NCBI GenBank assembly: GCA_002633005.1
Contig: NMRA01000103.1
Coordinates: forward strand, 236,495-300,494
DNA length: 64,000 bases
From: Phoronis australis
Lineage: Eukaryota > Animalia > Phoronida
Direction: 5' to 3'
In this document: piece by piece, positions 40,860-53,104 of the stretch
Numbering within the stretch: position 1 is the first letter of the stretch
Layout: every line of letters starts with the position of its first letter
Translations under genes and position numbers: made by a program
Notes under the pieces: model-generated
Told to the model about the DNA's origin: nothing
Database searches by the model: none
What the model saw: only the letters and a program-made list of their open reading frames with translations

Positions 40860-40940
40860 CTAATCGCTTGCTATTTATGCAATCGGTCCTTATTTCCATA
40901 ATTACTCCGACTGTGTGGCTGTCATTAATGGGAGTACGGG
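40860..40940 (-). promoter_or_regulatory. Candidate Bsx core promoter (TATA-like CATAAATA with flanking TAAT sites)
   Basis: Minus-strand GCATAAATAG at ~40871-40880, ~100 nt upstream of the ATG; ATTAAT/TAAT motifs nearby. Positional inference only. Confidence 0.35.
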
Positions 40941-41296
40941 CGCGGCGAAGGAATCTCAGCTTCTTGAAAGTAGTTCGCATGTCGCGATGGGGCTCGTTGC
41001 TGGCTACAGCCTGTAAAATCTCCACAAATGGTGAGAGTCGTTATGAAGGAAGCTCAAGCTACGTATGCACACTCACCCTGCCGACATTTGGAGTCACACA
41101 ACAGAACTGTGCATGGCTTCATGTCCGTCAGATTATTAGGCTACATTTAATAGAATATGAACGATTTCTGTACTGATTTACTTTCTCAAAACTAGCAGTA
41201 GGATCCTTCTCAATACGAAAACTCCCCATCACTGTCACTTTTTTAATAAAATTAGTTGCTCGCAATGTTGAGCCCGACGACAGCTCACCACACACG

Positions 41297-41311
41297 CATA
41301 TATATATATAC

Positions 41312-41354
<43 letters not shown>

Positions 41355-41597
41355 TATGTATGTGTGTATGTATGTACAGTAGGTTATGTATGTATGTTTG
41401 TATGTATGTGTGTGTGTGTGTGTGTGNNNNNNNNNNNTGTGTGTGTGTGTGTGTGTGTAAGTGCGTGCATGTATGCGTGTGTATGTATGCATGTACGTAT
41501 GTACGTATGTATGTACATGTAAGTATATATGCATGTATATATGTATGTTTGTATGTGTGTATGTGTGTATGTATGTATGTATGTATGTATGTATGTA
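41297..41597 (+). repeat. Compound (TA)/(TG)/(TATG) microsatellite with N gap
   Basis: Directly visible; Ns at 41427-41437. Confidence 0.95.
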
Positions 41598-41951
41598 CAC
41601 GTGATGATTACGTAACTTGTGACAAAAATTGTCTTCTTTAAGTGTGAATAAATTATTCCCCAGATGTAATGCTAATTTGATTCATGCTAGTAATTTTATG
41701 CGTTTACTTGTAATTGTGACCTAAACAAAAATGCTGACTGGTCAAAAAATAAATGATGCTGTAGAAGACTTATTACGGCTGTCATAAAAGTCTGCTTCCT
41801 TCGGGCATTGAGAAACCAGTGTGTCCAGGACAGACTTATCCAGACGTACTGGCACACTTTCGCAGATTTAAAGGTACTTTCTCCGTTTTCATGAACGAAT
41901 ATCAGCACAGGGCAGGTTGACATGTGGTCTTTTCTTAAACCCTGACAAATT

Positions 41952-43873
41952 CACGGTGTGGGGATCTGTACTACGTGTTTGGACTGGTCATGAGGAGTGC
42001 GGCGTCGTCATGAGAAATTCGATGTAGGAATACAACACCAGTTGAACAAAAATGTCTTTAAAATGTAAAAATCGATTGTATATGCAATTAGGAATAGTTC
42101 TGCCCAATAGCTTAAGAGTCCTGGAAAGCGTTGAAAGCTTGTCACGTTAGCGCTAACAGCAATGACGGCCCAGTGCGACTCGATAGCCGTGACGTCACTG
42201 TGAAAAAATCGGGAATATCGGTGAAAGTTTGCTGATAAGCGATGCTTTATATCGTTGATTTAATACATTTCATACTGTAAGTAATACTTTATGAAGATGT
42301 GCATGTGCTGCAAAAGTTTCAGCTAAAAGTGTGCTTGATGAACAAAGATATGGAAATAGTAAATTAAGCAGTCAGATAAACGATTGTACGGACTCGTCAA
42401 GAGTCGATTTTTAAAAACTGTATGAACTCGCCAGTGAGCTGGTTAAGAATTAGGAAATTTTTAACCAGAATAGACCGTTTAATTTTATAGTTACCAATAG
42501 TTCTCGAGGAGTATAGTCAGATAGGTGACTTGAGAAAGATTGAATATATTTGAAATGGTGTATTAAAGTAAGAACACAGATAAGAAGTGTTGGCCATTGT
42601 CATTAACCATTTTCGACTGAGTGACATCAATTTAAAAACATTTTACATTAGAATCGAAAATAAACTTTGCCGTGTCAAACCTTAAGGCAACTGCCTACGT
42701 CAAAAGTAATTAAGATTATAACCCTTGGAATTATTCATGAACTTGGTTGATACGTGTCAGTTGAGCTTTGACGGCAAGAAGATAAATGTCGGGAAAACTA
42801 AGACATTGACCTGTTCAGCTACGAAGATGAACCAAATTTGAAAGACCGAAAACAAAAACTTAAACAGGAAATGAGAAAGCAGAGGAACTGAAAAATTTGT
42901 TACAACTGCAGTCTATTAGAGGCAATAAAAAATCCCTCACCCCATCTGCGCTTGGAGTTGAAAGAATGCATACACAAAATACGTGGCATTTTGTCACTGC
43001 GATTGAAAGAGTTAGTCCCACTAAGGAGGGACGTGAACTGGCACTGGAGGAATTCAAGAAGATGGGCGGTTCCACATGCCAAATGTGGAAATCGGTTTAA
43101 TGAGTCATTCTCGCGCCGAAACCTTAAGGTCCTAGTTTTGTATGTGAATTTTAGATATTCCTCTAGTTCTAAGTTGTTACAACAGTCGGCCAATCTTTGA
43201 AGTTTAGCATTTGGCAATTTACGTGGTTTATGTCACTTCTGGGAGATATAGCCTGTGCAGTAAGTCGGGCAGCAAGTTCAAGATACTGGTCTATAAGTAC
43301 ATGAATGAGTTACAGTACTTCAGTTCTGCAGGTACTGATGCATAATTAGACGACAACAATAAGTTGGAAACAATACCGGCTCAATGCAAAACCGTACGGT
43401 TGCTCAGGACGATGTCGGACAGTCACGCGAAACTCGAGTATGACGAGTCCGTACAGATATTTTGAGAGTAGGTGTCATAAAATGCTACATAGCTTAAACT
43501 ACAAATTACAGATATCAACTATACTTCTCATGGGCGTTGTCTATGGTTACATGATGGTACTCAAACACAAAAATTTAGCCAAACAAGAACAAATGTAAAG
43601 AAAATTGAAACTCGAAGTTTATCGTTGTGTAAACAAACAGTGAGATCTCTTGAGCATAGTCAGTATAGGCACCGTATTATAGTTATTAAGGTCACATTTT
43701 GACTACTCTTCCAGTGAGTGTATTGTAACAGTTTCATTGCAAAAAGTCATGTGTAACGAGGTAAACGAACTCATAAAGTACACATTGTCGGGGAACTTTT
43801 GCCGATTTTGCTCATGACGACGCCGTACTCCTCATGACCAGTCCAAACACGTAGTACAGGTCCCCACACTGTG
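41952..43873. mobile_element. 1.9-kb DNA transposon with 63-bp TIRs starting CACGGTG/CACAGTG and apparent 5-bp TSD AAATT; decayed internal ORF
   Basis: TIRs 41952-42014 and 43811-43873 differ at 3 of 63 positions; AAATT on both flanks. Frameshifted + strand peptides SKINFAVS, CQLSFDGKKINVGK, DIDLFSYEDEPNLKDRKQKL. Confidence 0.85.
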
Positions 43874-44399
43874 AAATTTAGACCGTCTAAATTTCACGGT
43901 GTTGGGACCTGCGGAGCAATTGAAACAAACTCCTAACTATAAGTATGGTGACTCCCAACTGCGTAAGCATGCTTTTCTCAACCGTAGACTCGATGAAACT
44001 GAATGGAACTGGACCTGTCTGTCCGTGTGATATACTTCTAGAACTTGTTCGAGGATTAGTATACGTAAATACAAAGTGCCGGTTGATCAGTTCAAGGAAA
44101 TTTACCTATTTGATATCACTCAATTGATAAGACTCGCTATATGTAAACGATAAAGAGGTGAAAACAAATGATGGGATATCTTTAACTTGCAAAAGGACAT
44201 TTGAAAAACAGTCACGGCCATTTCACGTGGATCAGAATTTGGAAAAACAAAATTTTTGTTGTGATCATGGTATTTACTAAACGCTATATTTGATTGATTT
44301 CGGAGCTTGATAGAGGGGATCTCAAAGCAGACTTAGCTTACGAGATTTACTGAACTGTAATCACTTTATTTATAGAGGTATGGAACTCGAAAGCTCGTT

Positions 44400-46190
44400 A
44401 AAAATATCTTTTAAATAATTACTGACGAAAGTATCATCTTCAAACGTCTAGTACAGAGTAATTCACTTTCCCCTGTAACGAAATTTCCAGAAACCATCAT
44501 AAAATTCACTATTTATAAAATTCCCCCCGAAAGAAAAATTCTGTGGTTACCACAGAGTTTCTAATCTCCCTCCCACTTATGATAAATGCGCCCATGCGTT
44601 CACAAGCAGCTGCTTGAAGTCGCCTGAGGTCAAAAGGTCACCTTTTCCATGTCAGGGAAATGTGCTACGTCTATGTCTTGCCTCACCACAAAAGGAGACG
44701 TGCTTTGCCTTAAGGGACAAAACTCGACGAAGTGGCGAAATGTTGACAGATTATGTTTAAGTTTGAAACTAAAAGAAAAAGCTTTTATATCAACAGAAAT
44801 TAAAAATCTTTTCAAACAAACACCAATAATACTTGGAGAGCTGGTTTAAATTATGTTTCTGTAGCAGAGAAACAATTTCACTGCTACAAATTAGTGTGTT
44901 TATGGCGTTCCTGGCCTCTTGAGCAAGGATGTAAAACATTTTCTAAAAAATACAACAAGCCGTGAAAGTCCAGAATAGTTCATGTTTCTGTATTTGAATT
45001 AGAAGAAGTATTTTCTTACGGGAACAAAGAAATAAATGTTCAAATGTTTTATCTAAGGGTTACATGTTGGTACTACGTCATTAAATCGAACACAAGAACC
45101 TTGGAATTGGTTTGATTTAGCGTCTTCACAAAATATTTGAGGAATTAAACACCCCTTTACGTTTATGTGTGCAGAATTTATCTTCAAAAGTTCATTTAAC
45201 ATTTTCCGTCCTTATCGTTGGCTACACGCAGTCATTGACATCGCCGGTTCCGCGGAGTCAACCGGTTACGCCTGAACTTCGTCACCGATAACTAATTATA
45301 AGCCTTGACTCGGAAGAACTACCGAAGACAATAAAAGTACACTCATTACATCCTTACGTGGGCATAATGACTTTTTCTGTTTAATAAACTCAACAGATGT
45401 GATAATTTTGGAGGGCGTGTTTTCGTGAAACTCAGTAAACTGTACTCAACTGAAGCGGATTTCGGAGTTTGGGTTTTGCCTGAAACTATGGACTACTCCA
45501 CCGTTAAGACCGTCGTTGTGTTAAAGTGACTGTCATTGTATAAGTACAAAGTATACCAGGTGTGTCTTCCGTAAACTCGAGAACCTCACGAAAACGCAAG
45601 ACTTCTAGAGATATCCCTATGCTTTTACTATTCTCACGCCAATTTCTATTTGACTCGACCAGCCGGTTTATGATCACGGCTAATTACTATCAAAATATCT
45701 TTTAAACAATTCCTGACGTGTAGTACTGAATTTTTCACTTTCTCTTGTAAGGGAAGTTCCAGAAAAATCACAAAATTAATAATTTTTGAAGTTTCCGCGA
45801 ATTAAAAGCTTTCTAGTCATCGCAGGGTTTTTAATCCCCTTCCCACTTGTGATAAGTGCGCGCATGCGCTAACAGCCATTTGACAAACATTCCGAATCTG
45901 AGGTCGATACCATATTATGAGGCAAGCCAGTGAGGCAAAAGATTCCCCAAAGATATTTCCAAGTGAGTATATTTGAATACTATGATAACTTTGTAACTAG
46001 TTTTAAACATCAATTGCCTCTTAATCGGGTTGCTGCTTGAAGTCGCCATTGTTTCTTTTTTTAAATCAAATGTCAAAGGTCACATTTTCCGTATAAGGGA
46101 AATGTGCTATGTCTATGTTTTGCCATGCCAAACAAGGAAAAGTACTTTGCTTTGGTGGAGAAAACTCGACGAAGTGGCGAGTAGTTGACA
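44400..46190 (+). repeat. Two diverged direct copies (44400-44750 and 45692-46190) of a ~350-bp repeat
   Basis: Shared blocks aaaatatcttttaaa, cccactt.tgataa.tgcgc, gctgcttgaagtcgcc, aaaggtcac, gggaaatgtgcta, aaaactcgacgaagtggcga. Confidence 0.8.
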
Positions 46191-49100
46191 AATCGTTTTT
46201 TTTTGGGGGGGGGGGATTTCGAAACCTTTACGAACACAACCGTAAACATTCCTGGTGTGTTGATTGAATTCTGTTTCAGTTGCAAAAAACCACTTCGAAT
46301 AACGTAATTTAGTCTTTTTTCGCATTCCAGACCTCTTCAAAGATCTAATAAATTTTAGCAATTTCGTTTTTAACCCCGCATCTCCCGTAGAGCATTCCAC
46401 ACTCAGTCCCTTAGGAAGTCTCTCTCGCTTTCGTGATTACACGATTTGTCCAATATCACAAGGAAAATCGCAAGCTCTGCTGTCAACGGTGAACTGCTGA
46501 ATGACTATGAACGAACAAGAACGCATGTGGTCAGCGGAGTTCCAAGTTGGTGTTTGTCGTTGGCATTTGATTGACAATGTTTCAAACGTTTTAGGATCAC
46601 CGGTCATGGATCAGTTTAAAAAACATGGGTGAATTGACTCACGTGGCCTCAAACTCCTTTGTCAATCTGTAATACCTACATACAATGGGCTACGTTTGTT
46701 GCTCCCTCCGTTATTCAGCGGTTTGTTATTGGTCCGAATAGCTAACTTCAATCCATGCAAACACATAAATCCACAATTGGGATTTATATATTTTCATACA
46801 GAACATGCTTAATCCCGCTGCTAAAATCGTTGTTTTGATAACTGACATTAACTTTTGATCGGTTTCCCTGCCTTGGCCTGTGTTAGAAAATGCAATAGAT
46901 GTCTTTTCAAGGCTTGATTGCGACTCAGTTTTTCTGCCTCCGTTTGCCAGAGTCAAACAATCACATTACGTCAATAGACATTTTGTGGGCCAGTGACGTT
47001 GAAAAAAGATCCTAATTATCCCGAGATATTATTTTTCGTGTGTATTGTTAAAGATTGTAAGTGTACCGGGTTTTGGGTATTTTTGTACATGGATCAAAGG
47101 CTGTGATTCGTCTCGATGCATGATATACACAAATATGGGTTTTATTTGAGTGTTAGCCATCTTGTTCACAAAATCCGAGTTTAGCAATTTTATGGCAATT
47201 ATTTGGCACAGTTCGACTTTTCAGAAGGCGTGTGATTCATGGGCTGGCGTTAGAAAATGTCATAGGAGGATACAAGTGGGACAGGGCCTACGAAAAAACG
47301 CTGAGGAATATGGTGATTTGAACAGTTATAATGCACGAGAAACGTAACTATAGTTTATTGGAGTTTTATCGAAAGGTAATATATATTTTACACTGAAAGC
47401 GATCGACATTATTTGTTATCTGCGGCATTTGACAGTAGATTGGCAAAGGTAAGTAAACGTTTTATAAAATGGACTGGCGTGATTTTCCCTCAATTCATAC
47501 TGCAATACAAGTATAAGAGAAAATACTAAATCTTACTTTCAATATCAAGTGTTCTCGATTTGCAGGCAATTTACATTTTATTGAATCCTCCATCTACTCA
47601 TTTAGTCCAGACTATTCTTTCAAATTTCCATTTAGCCATAATTAAATCTGAACATGTCTATAACCACTCAATCGAACAATTAACTACTCTTAGCATTTCT
47701 TGTCAACCTTATATTCCAGTAAACGCATTGCTATTTAGAATAGCTCTTTAGAACTCAATAACAAGATTCGCGTCGTTTATAGCAACAAGTACCCATCAAT
47801 CAAAAATTAAAAGTGACTGTTTTCCTACTTAAAATTTCACCGTTTTAAGTGAAGTTGCTTGAGAAATCAAGATCTCTTCAGACTTTTCTAATACACCAAT
47901 TACCAAGGCTGACTAATACTGATAAGAACGCAATTAGTCGCGCATTATTAAGTTAGGCAAGCGCTAACTAATTAAACTGGACCTTTGTGTACAAACTTCA
48001 GAAATACTCGTATACGTGACAAATGACAACGTTAATAACAACAGCTTGCAAAAGTCTGCTTAAAAGGACGCAGTTGATTTTAAAGCCGAAAATGCATTTT
48101 GAATGTTATTTTCTTTGAGCAAGGGCCGAAGATTAATCTTTTTACTTGAAGTATCACTCGAAGATATTTCGTGTTTTTCCGATTTTCTCTTATAGGAACT
48201 CAAGATTATTTTGTGCTGAAGTATGTTATGGCTTTCGCAAGTTCAAATTTGCACTAGATGACTCCTGGAATCGAGCTACAAACTTGGTATTTCGAGTTCA
48301 GACTCGAACTTATAGATTTACTGCTGGTGTCATCAAGTGCAAAACACAATTAACCAGTCATCTACATACACTGTAAGCCATAATTTAATCGAACACAGGG
48401 TAATGCACATCTTATTTGAGTTCGTTATTAAAGTAGGATGGAAAATGTTAAAAAGAATTTTTAGTTCAATTTCGATTAAAAATTCTAGACCCCAGGCTTT
48501 ACGCGTACGTTATTTGTTGTTTCATTGTGATTTTATTGTAAATCGCCTATTCTTTCGTCGCTGAGTCTCAAAATGTTTTGAATGACTCTCGGACACCCAG
48601 CGGCATAACAACAAAACTTGTTTTCCAAATTGCCCAAATCCGCTTTGAAAGCCCCATCGCATGATATTCATGACACCTAACCTATATGCACGTAGCTTTT
48701 GGAGGTAACTGTTACCAGAGTACTGCGTTGTTGGACATCCAGCCTGAACTCTGAAATTATCTGCGGGGCAAAATGAGCTTGCGAGTAAGGCGATTACCTC
48801 AAGGTCACGTGGGTTCAACAACCTAGCAGAATTTTCCGCACTCACGTAAGAAAATCGAAGTGTTTTTTAAGAAAAAAAAACAGCGAGCACCTATTCAATT
48901 AGTGGCTGAGATACCTTTGTGTAATTCATTTCAACTTTGCGCGTTTGATTGTTGTTACTATTACTTTCATTGTACTATTAATTTTACTCATTCTGTAATA
49001 CCACTAGAATTGCCATTATAATTGCCATATTATTATCGTAAACATTTACAAATATCATTGTTATTAATTTCCATTATACTATTACTATTGATATTATTAC

Positions 49101-50114
49101 TATCATTACTACTGTCATTGTCCTTGTTGCTGTTACTATTTATCACAACTAACAATATTGTTTCGCAAAAGCAGTACTATTGATTATGAAAGTGATACTA
49201 TTAATTATAATAACAATAATTAGAGCAATTACAAATTCTGACAAAGACATGACATCTGCCCACTTCCTACTCCAATTCCTAGATTTACTATCACACGATT
49301 TCTTTACTGTCAAAGCAAGCCAACATTCAACTTTTGACATTATAAAATCGGATGGAGAACTGAGAAACGTAATCCTCCTAAGGTTAGGGCTTAGTGAGAC
49401 GGTGAATTTACAGACTGTGTTAAATTTGAATTGGTGAAATGTCACCAAAGCATACTTTTTCCAAAAAAAATTAGATACGATGAGGTTTTCGTGAAACTTT
49501 TTCCTTTAGTGCTTGCTCATAGATCAGATGTCAATATAGTACACACCCCAAAATTATCCTTGACGATGCCGTTTCCAAGAGACCACTGAAAGTGCAGCCG
49601 TGGTTATTGTATACCGTCTTGTGATCAGATCGAACGGTTCTACCGACGCGGTTTCGTATCCCCGGGGGGAACTGGGTTATATTTTTGACGGGGTGCAACT
49701 GAAAAGTTATGATAAGCACCCATTTAGAGAGTAGACTCGAAAATTGTGACGCCTTTGTAAAGGGCTTCCATGAAAACGTCACCCCTTCGCAGAGATTCTT
49801 GGACAGTGAATTTAACCCAAAAATCTGAAACAGTGAAAAAGTGCGACGTTGACAGAAATTAGTACACCTTTACAACAAAAGTTTTTTTTTAAATACAGAT
49901 GGTCTCATTTCGAAACTACAAGTTACTGACATGCTGGTTTTGTTTAGGCGATGGCAAGAAGAAGGCTATAAGTGTCGTTTTTCGAACAAGAAAATTGGTC
50001 CGAACACGAGAACATGGTTTGAGCCGCTTTAAGAATTTTCTGCTGAACACATAACTTCACAATAATAATAACAACAACAACATCAATAGTAATAATAATA
50101 ACAATAAAATTATT

Positions 50115-50309
50115 TCAAACATGTTTAAGTCTGGTTAGCACGCCACCTGTGTCCACATCACGTGACCTAATGTAAGTCTGAGATTTCTTCCCCAACCGGT
50201 ACTCGAACCCTGGACTCAGCTAATCGCTTAAGAATTACATAATCAGACTTACATTAGGTCACGTGATGTGGACACTGGTGACGTACTAACCAGTCTTAAA
50301 AATGTTTGA
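50115..50309. repeat. Foldback element (~67-bp arms) embedded in TAA/TAT microsatellite
   Basis: gtgtccacatcacgtgacctaatgtaagtctga and its reverse complement at 50243-50275; the loop contains a B-box-like sequence. Confidence 0.85.
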
Positions 50310-50319
50310 GATATTTTTA

Positions 50320-50440
50320 TTGTCATTATTACTACTATTGCTATTACAATTACTATTACAATTACTATTACTATTATTATCATTATTACTGCCATTATTA
50401 CTATTACTATGATTATTATTAATATCATTACTATTACTAC

Positions 50441-50498
<58 letters not shown>

Positions 50499-50580
50499 AA
50501 AGTAATAGTAATAACAAAGTTAAGAACAATCATAAAAAATAACAGTAAAATAATAAATAACAATAATACATAGTAATAAC
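50320..50580 (+). repeat. (TAT/TAC)n microsatellite
   Basis: Directly visible; a similar degenerate tract lies at 48950-49220. Confidence 0.9.
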
Positions 50581-53104
50581 AAAGTAAAAAATGTTTTGAA
50601 ATTTTCAGGCCAACTTTGGTCTGTGTTGGCCATAATTTTAGACCCCGCGTGCACCTAGTAGGTTGTATAAGTCGAGCTTGACATTTTCCACAACAATCAA
50701 TGAATAACTGTTTCTATTAAGCTAAACAGTATGCGAGCTTGTCGCTCAATCAAATAATTCTGGCTGTGACGACTTGCAAAGACCGGCGTCATACTTGGAA
50801 AGAGGCGTACCTCCCATAACATACTAAAATGTCATCTTCAAGTAAAGCAGTAATTAACAGGTGAAGTTAAAGTATTTTCGGATTACGAATAAAGCCATCT
50901 CTGTGTGACTTGACATTTGACTAGTACTTAAGTAATTATGTATTTATGTGATGCATGTATTCAGTCGGAGAAATTACGTGCATACACTGTACATCTGTTT
51001 GTGTTGTGTTACACAACCGGTTATTTCTGACCCGTTTTTCCTCTAAGGCGAACAACACAAAAGTACTGGTGTTCACTACAATACAATAAAAAAGCAGCGA
51101 ATTGTTCCTTTATAACATACCAGGGGAGAACACTTATTAGACGTTTAGGGTATGTTTCATGGGCCGATTTTAAGGTGACCAAAATGATGACGGGTTTTCC
51201 AGCTGTCGGGGACGTTTCATTGTGGGCGGCCCAAGCGAGTGTTTCTAGCCATGTTATGTGATTTGAGGCTTCTTTTCATCCCAACCAACTCGATACCAAA
51301 GTATAATTTTCGAGGAAACATTTGCTGTATATGCGCGGACAAAATTATACCGTTTTGCTCAATCTAATCCAGGTGCATACATGTATATCCTGAGCAAGAC
51401 GATCCTGTACACAGGACTCTCACTTGTGCCTATAAGGGAACTTTAGGAACATGCGCCTACATCACTCACTGAGTAAAAACTTATCAATGTAAAAATGTAT
51501 TATTTAGAGGCGCGTGGACCCAAGCACGTGCATCTACACATGTAATGTACAAAAAAAACTGAGAACGTTGTCCTTTTAAAAAACTGATTTTTCTTTTGGC
51601 ACTCCCAGTATTTTAAGGTCTCATTTTTCTCAACTTTTCCCTAACAGGCAGACTTTCAAACTACGAGTTACTAAAGTTAACTGCACTTCGAGTGAATTAT
51701 AAGTCTTTGGAGTTCTACCACAGTGTTGATACAAGTTAGTTTGGTCGTCTGCAACAGCCCTGTCTCTCATTCACCAAAACACATGATCGCTTGCGCGGGC
51801 AAATTAAGTGATTCTACAGTACAATCGCCCAATAATCGCCCAATAATCGACATGCATTTTATCCTACAGTCAATAGTGTTAGATTTCTGCTTATACTATC
51901 ATTTTAGTTGTCACATTAGCGATACATGGAAGCAATTTGGTAATTGCGCGAAGCACTGGGTGCTTAATCGGATGTCTTTTTCTAGTTTCGCAGGTGCCCA
52001 GGGTGGTTTTGTTGGATCTAGTCCTCAACCCTCCCATTGTTATATCTCTCTGCACCACTACAACTACATGTATCAACGCATGTACTTCTAGCAAAAGGAC
52101 TTACATAGGCACGTGCGACCGTGCACACAAAGTGAAAAACTTCCCGAGTTGCATTAATGGGCGAACTTATTGTCAGCTCGACTTTTCCTGTTCGTCTTCA
52201 GTAAGACCAATATGGCGTACTGCCGTCAATCGCTAATTTGTCCCATTTGGTGATAAACAACCCTATCGACAAAAGAAGACTGTAATTAGTGAAAATACAG
52301 CAATTCACCGCGACGTCACCGCTAAAGTGTGGGAATATCGAACACATCTGAGTGGAGGAAGAAGATGTAGTTGTGGCAGGCTCCCGGCAGATACAGACAA
52401 ACACTGGCCCGGCCAGGTAATTTCAAAAACTGTAATCCGCCTGATGGCGTTACGACGAAGTCAAATACAGATCCTCCTCAAGCCATGACTCGCGAACGAA
52501 TTAGCTCTATAGGTCGTGGTCGCCCATACAACTGAAGGATGAACTAGTGAATTTTTGCAATAAATTCAAGCATTCCCCGAATACCGTTGTCACCAAATTC
52601 CTTTCTTTCAATGCAGTACAATTCGTACTATACCATTTTGTGCAAGAAATCCAAATTCGTCGGTTTTGTGCCATGATTAACGCGAACCGCGTGGTCACAG
52701 ATGAAAGTTCGTTCGATTTTTAGCGGTGAAACTGTAGTAGAACACGTTTGGAATGCAGTAGATTTGAGGTTAACACGTCTTGTTCTGTGAACATTTCTTT
52801 GGGGAGGCTCCCAAAAATGCCGTTGGATATGACGACTTCTACGGGTATTTCGTGGTCAGATGCCCACGCTCCGCATTTGTGTGCTTGCCCTCTAGACCTG
52901 CTAAAATAAATCTCACTGAACTAAAGAAAATCTTGCGCCTCAACGTGTAGGAGAATGCCACATATGAGATCTCAACTTATGGCATGCGTCACTTACTTTC
53001 TGGGTTACATATTTATGCATTTACAACAAGAGCAACGCGGAGCGTTGAAATGCGTCCACGAATGCATTGCAAATGGTGTGCTTTTAGGGTTATTTATTTG
53101 TATC

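Noticed and set aside
41235-41641. His/Thr- and Cys/Val-rich ORFs
   Set aside because: Microsatellite translations spanning an N gap.
50249-50563. Poly-Ile ORF
   Set aside because: (TAT)n microsatellite.
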